Shown here one piece after another: positions 63,371 through 64,000 of a stretch of 64,000 nt of DNA (positions are counted from its first letter, which is position 1; each line of letters opens with the position of its first letter). Source of the DNA: Bacillota bacterium (GTDB lineage: Bacteria > Bacillota > Ch66 > Ch109); the NCBI GenBank assembly GCA_050952625.1, contig JBMNLH010000001.1:608001-672000 (forward strand), read 5' to 3'. Made by a program: the position numbers and the translations under genes. The notes below the pieces were generated by a model. That model saw only the letters and a list, made by a program, of their open reading frames with translations, was not told the DNA's origin and ran no database searches.

Positions 63371-63404
63371 TATAGGACAGCGGTGATAAGAGGAGGGTCA
63401 TAGG

Positions 63405-64000
63405 GTGCTGGATTTTGATAATGAAGTAGCCCCATTGGCGAAAATTAAGGTTATTGGTGTCGGCGGAGGAGGAAACAACGCTGTTAACCGCATGATTGGA
63501 GCTGGACTTAAAGGAGTTGAGTTCCTGGCGGTTAATACTGATGCCCAAGCATTAAATCTCTCTCAAGCAGAACACCGGATCCAAGTAGGAGTGAAATTGA
63601 CCAAAGGGTTAGGAGCCGGGGCTAACCCGGAAATTGGCTATAAGGCGGCTGAAGAAAGCCGGGATGAATTGCTTCAAGCCTTACGTGGTGCTGATATGGT
63701 ATTTGTGACTGCTGGAATGGGCGGAGGTACGGGAACTGGCGGAGCACCGGTAGTAGCGGCTGTTGCCAAAGAAGTAGGTGCTTTAACAGTAGGGGTGGTA
63801 ACTCGGCCTTTTTCTTTCGAAGGAAAGAAACGAGCTAATCAGGCGGAAAAAGGAATTCAGGAACTAAAAAGTCAGGTCGATACGCTGATTACGATCCCTA
63901 ATGATCGTCTGCTGCAGGTGGTTGATCGGAGTACATCAATAGCAGAGGCTTTTCGGATTGCGGACGATGTTTTGCGTCAGGGTGTTCAGGGAATTTCTGA
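63405..64000 (+). CDS. ftsZ: Cell division protein FtsZ, 3'-truncated by window edge
   Basis: GTG 63405 after GGAGG; [32 protein letters not shown]. Confidence 0.97.
   Translation, partial: MLDFDNEVAPLAKIKVIGVGGGGNNAVNRMIGAGLKGVEFLAVNTDAQALNLSQAEHRIQVGVKLTKGLGAGANPEIGYKAAEESRDELLQALRGADMVFVTAGMGGGTGTGGAPVVAAVAKEVGALTVGVVTRPFSFEGKKRANQAEKGIQELKSQVDTLITIPNDRLLQVVDRSTSIAEAFRIADDVLRQGVQGIS

Overview
Chromosomal window from a spore-forming, S-layer-bearing Firmicute, most like Clostridia/Peptococcaceae. It is mostly conserved core genome: thiD (partial), nadE, yebC, queH-DUF2905, spoIID-queA-tgt-yajC-secDF, recJ-relA-dtd-hemZ, T-box hisS-aspS, 6S RNA, tcdA, and the dcw cluster mraZ to ftsZ (partial). 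Accessory content is a stressosome operon (rsbR-rsbT-rsbS-rsbT-rsbX) ending in an RsbU_N-GAF-GGDEF diguanylate cyclase, a c-di-GMP-I riboswitch over a soluble chemoreceptor plus cheW, an SLH protein, two ABC exporters (one yknWXYZ-like) and a group B [FeFe]-hydrogenase. Main points of interest: (1) a possible sigma-H-driven stressosome to c-di-GMP to riboswitch to chemoreceptor circuit with a duplicated RsbT; (2) two families of short dispersed intergenic repeats, two copies lying where ruvAB and apt normally sit but are absent; (3) an IS605/TnpB-end-like relic; (4) a cluster of frameshifts at about 19.7-25.9 kb (recJ, relA, hemZ) that may be assembly error. All calls come from reading the sequence; no searches were run.
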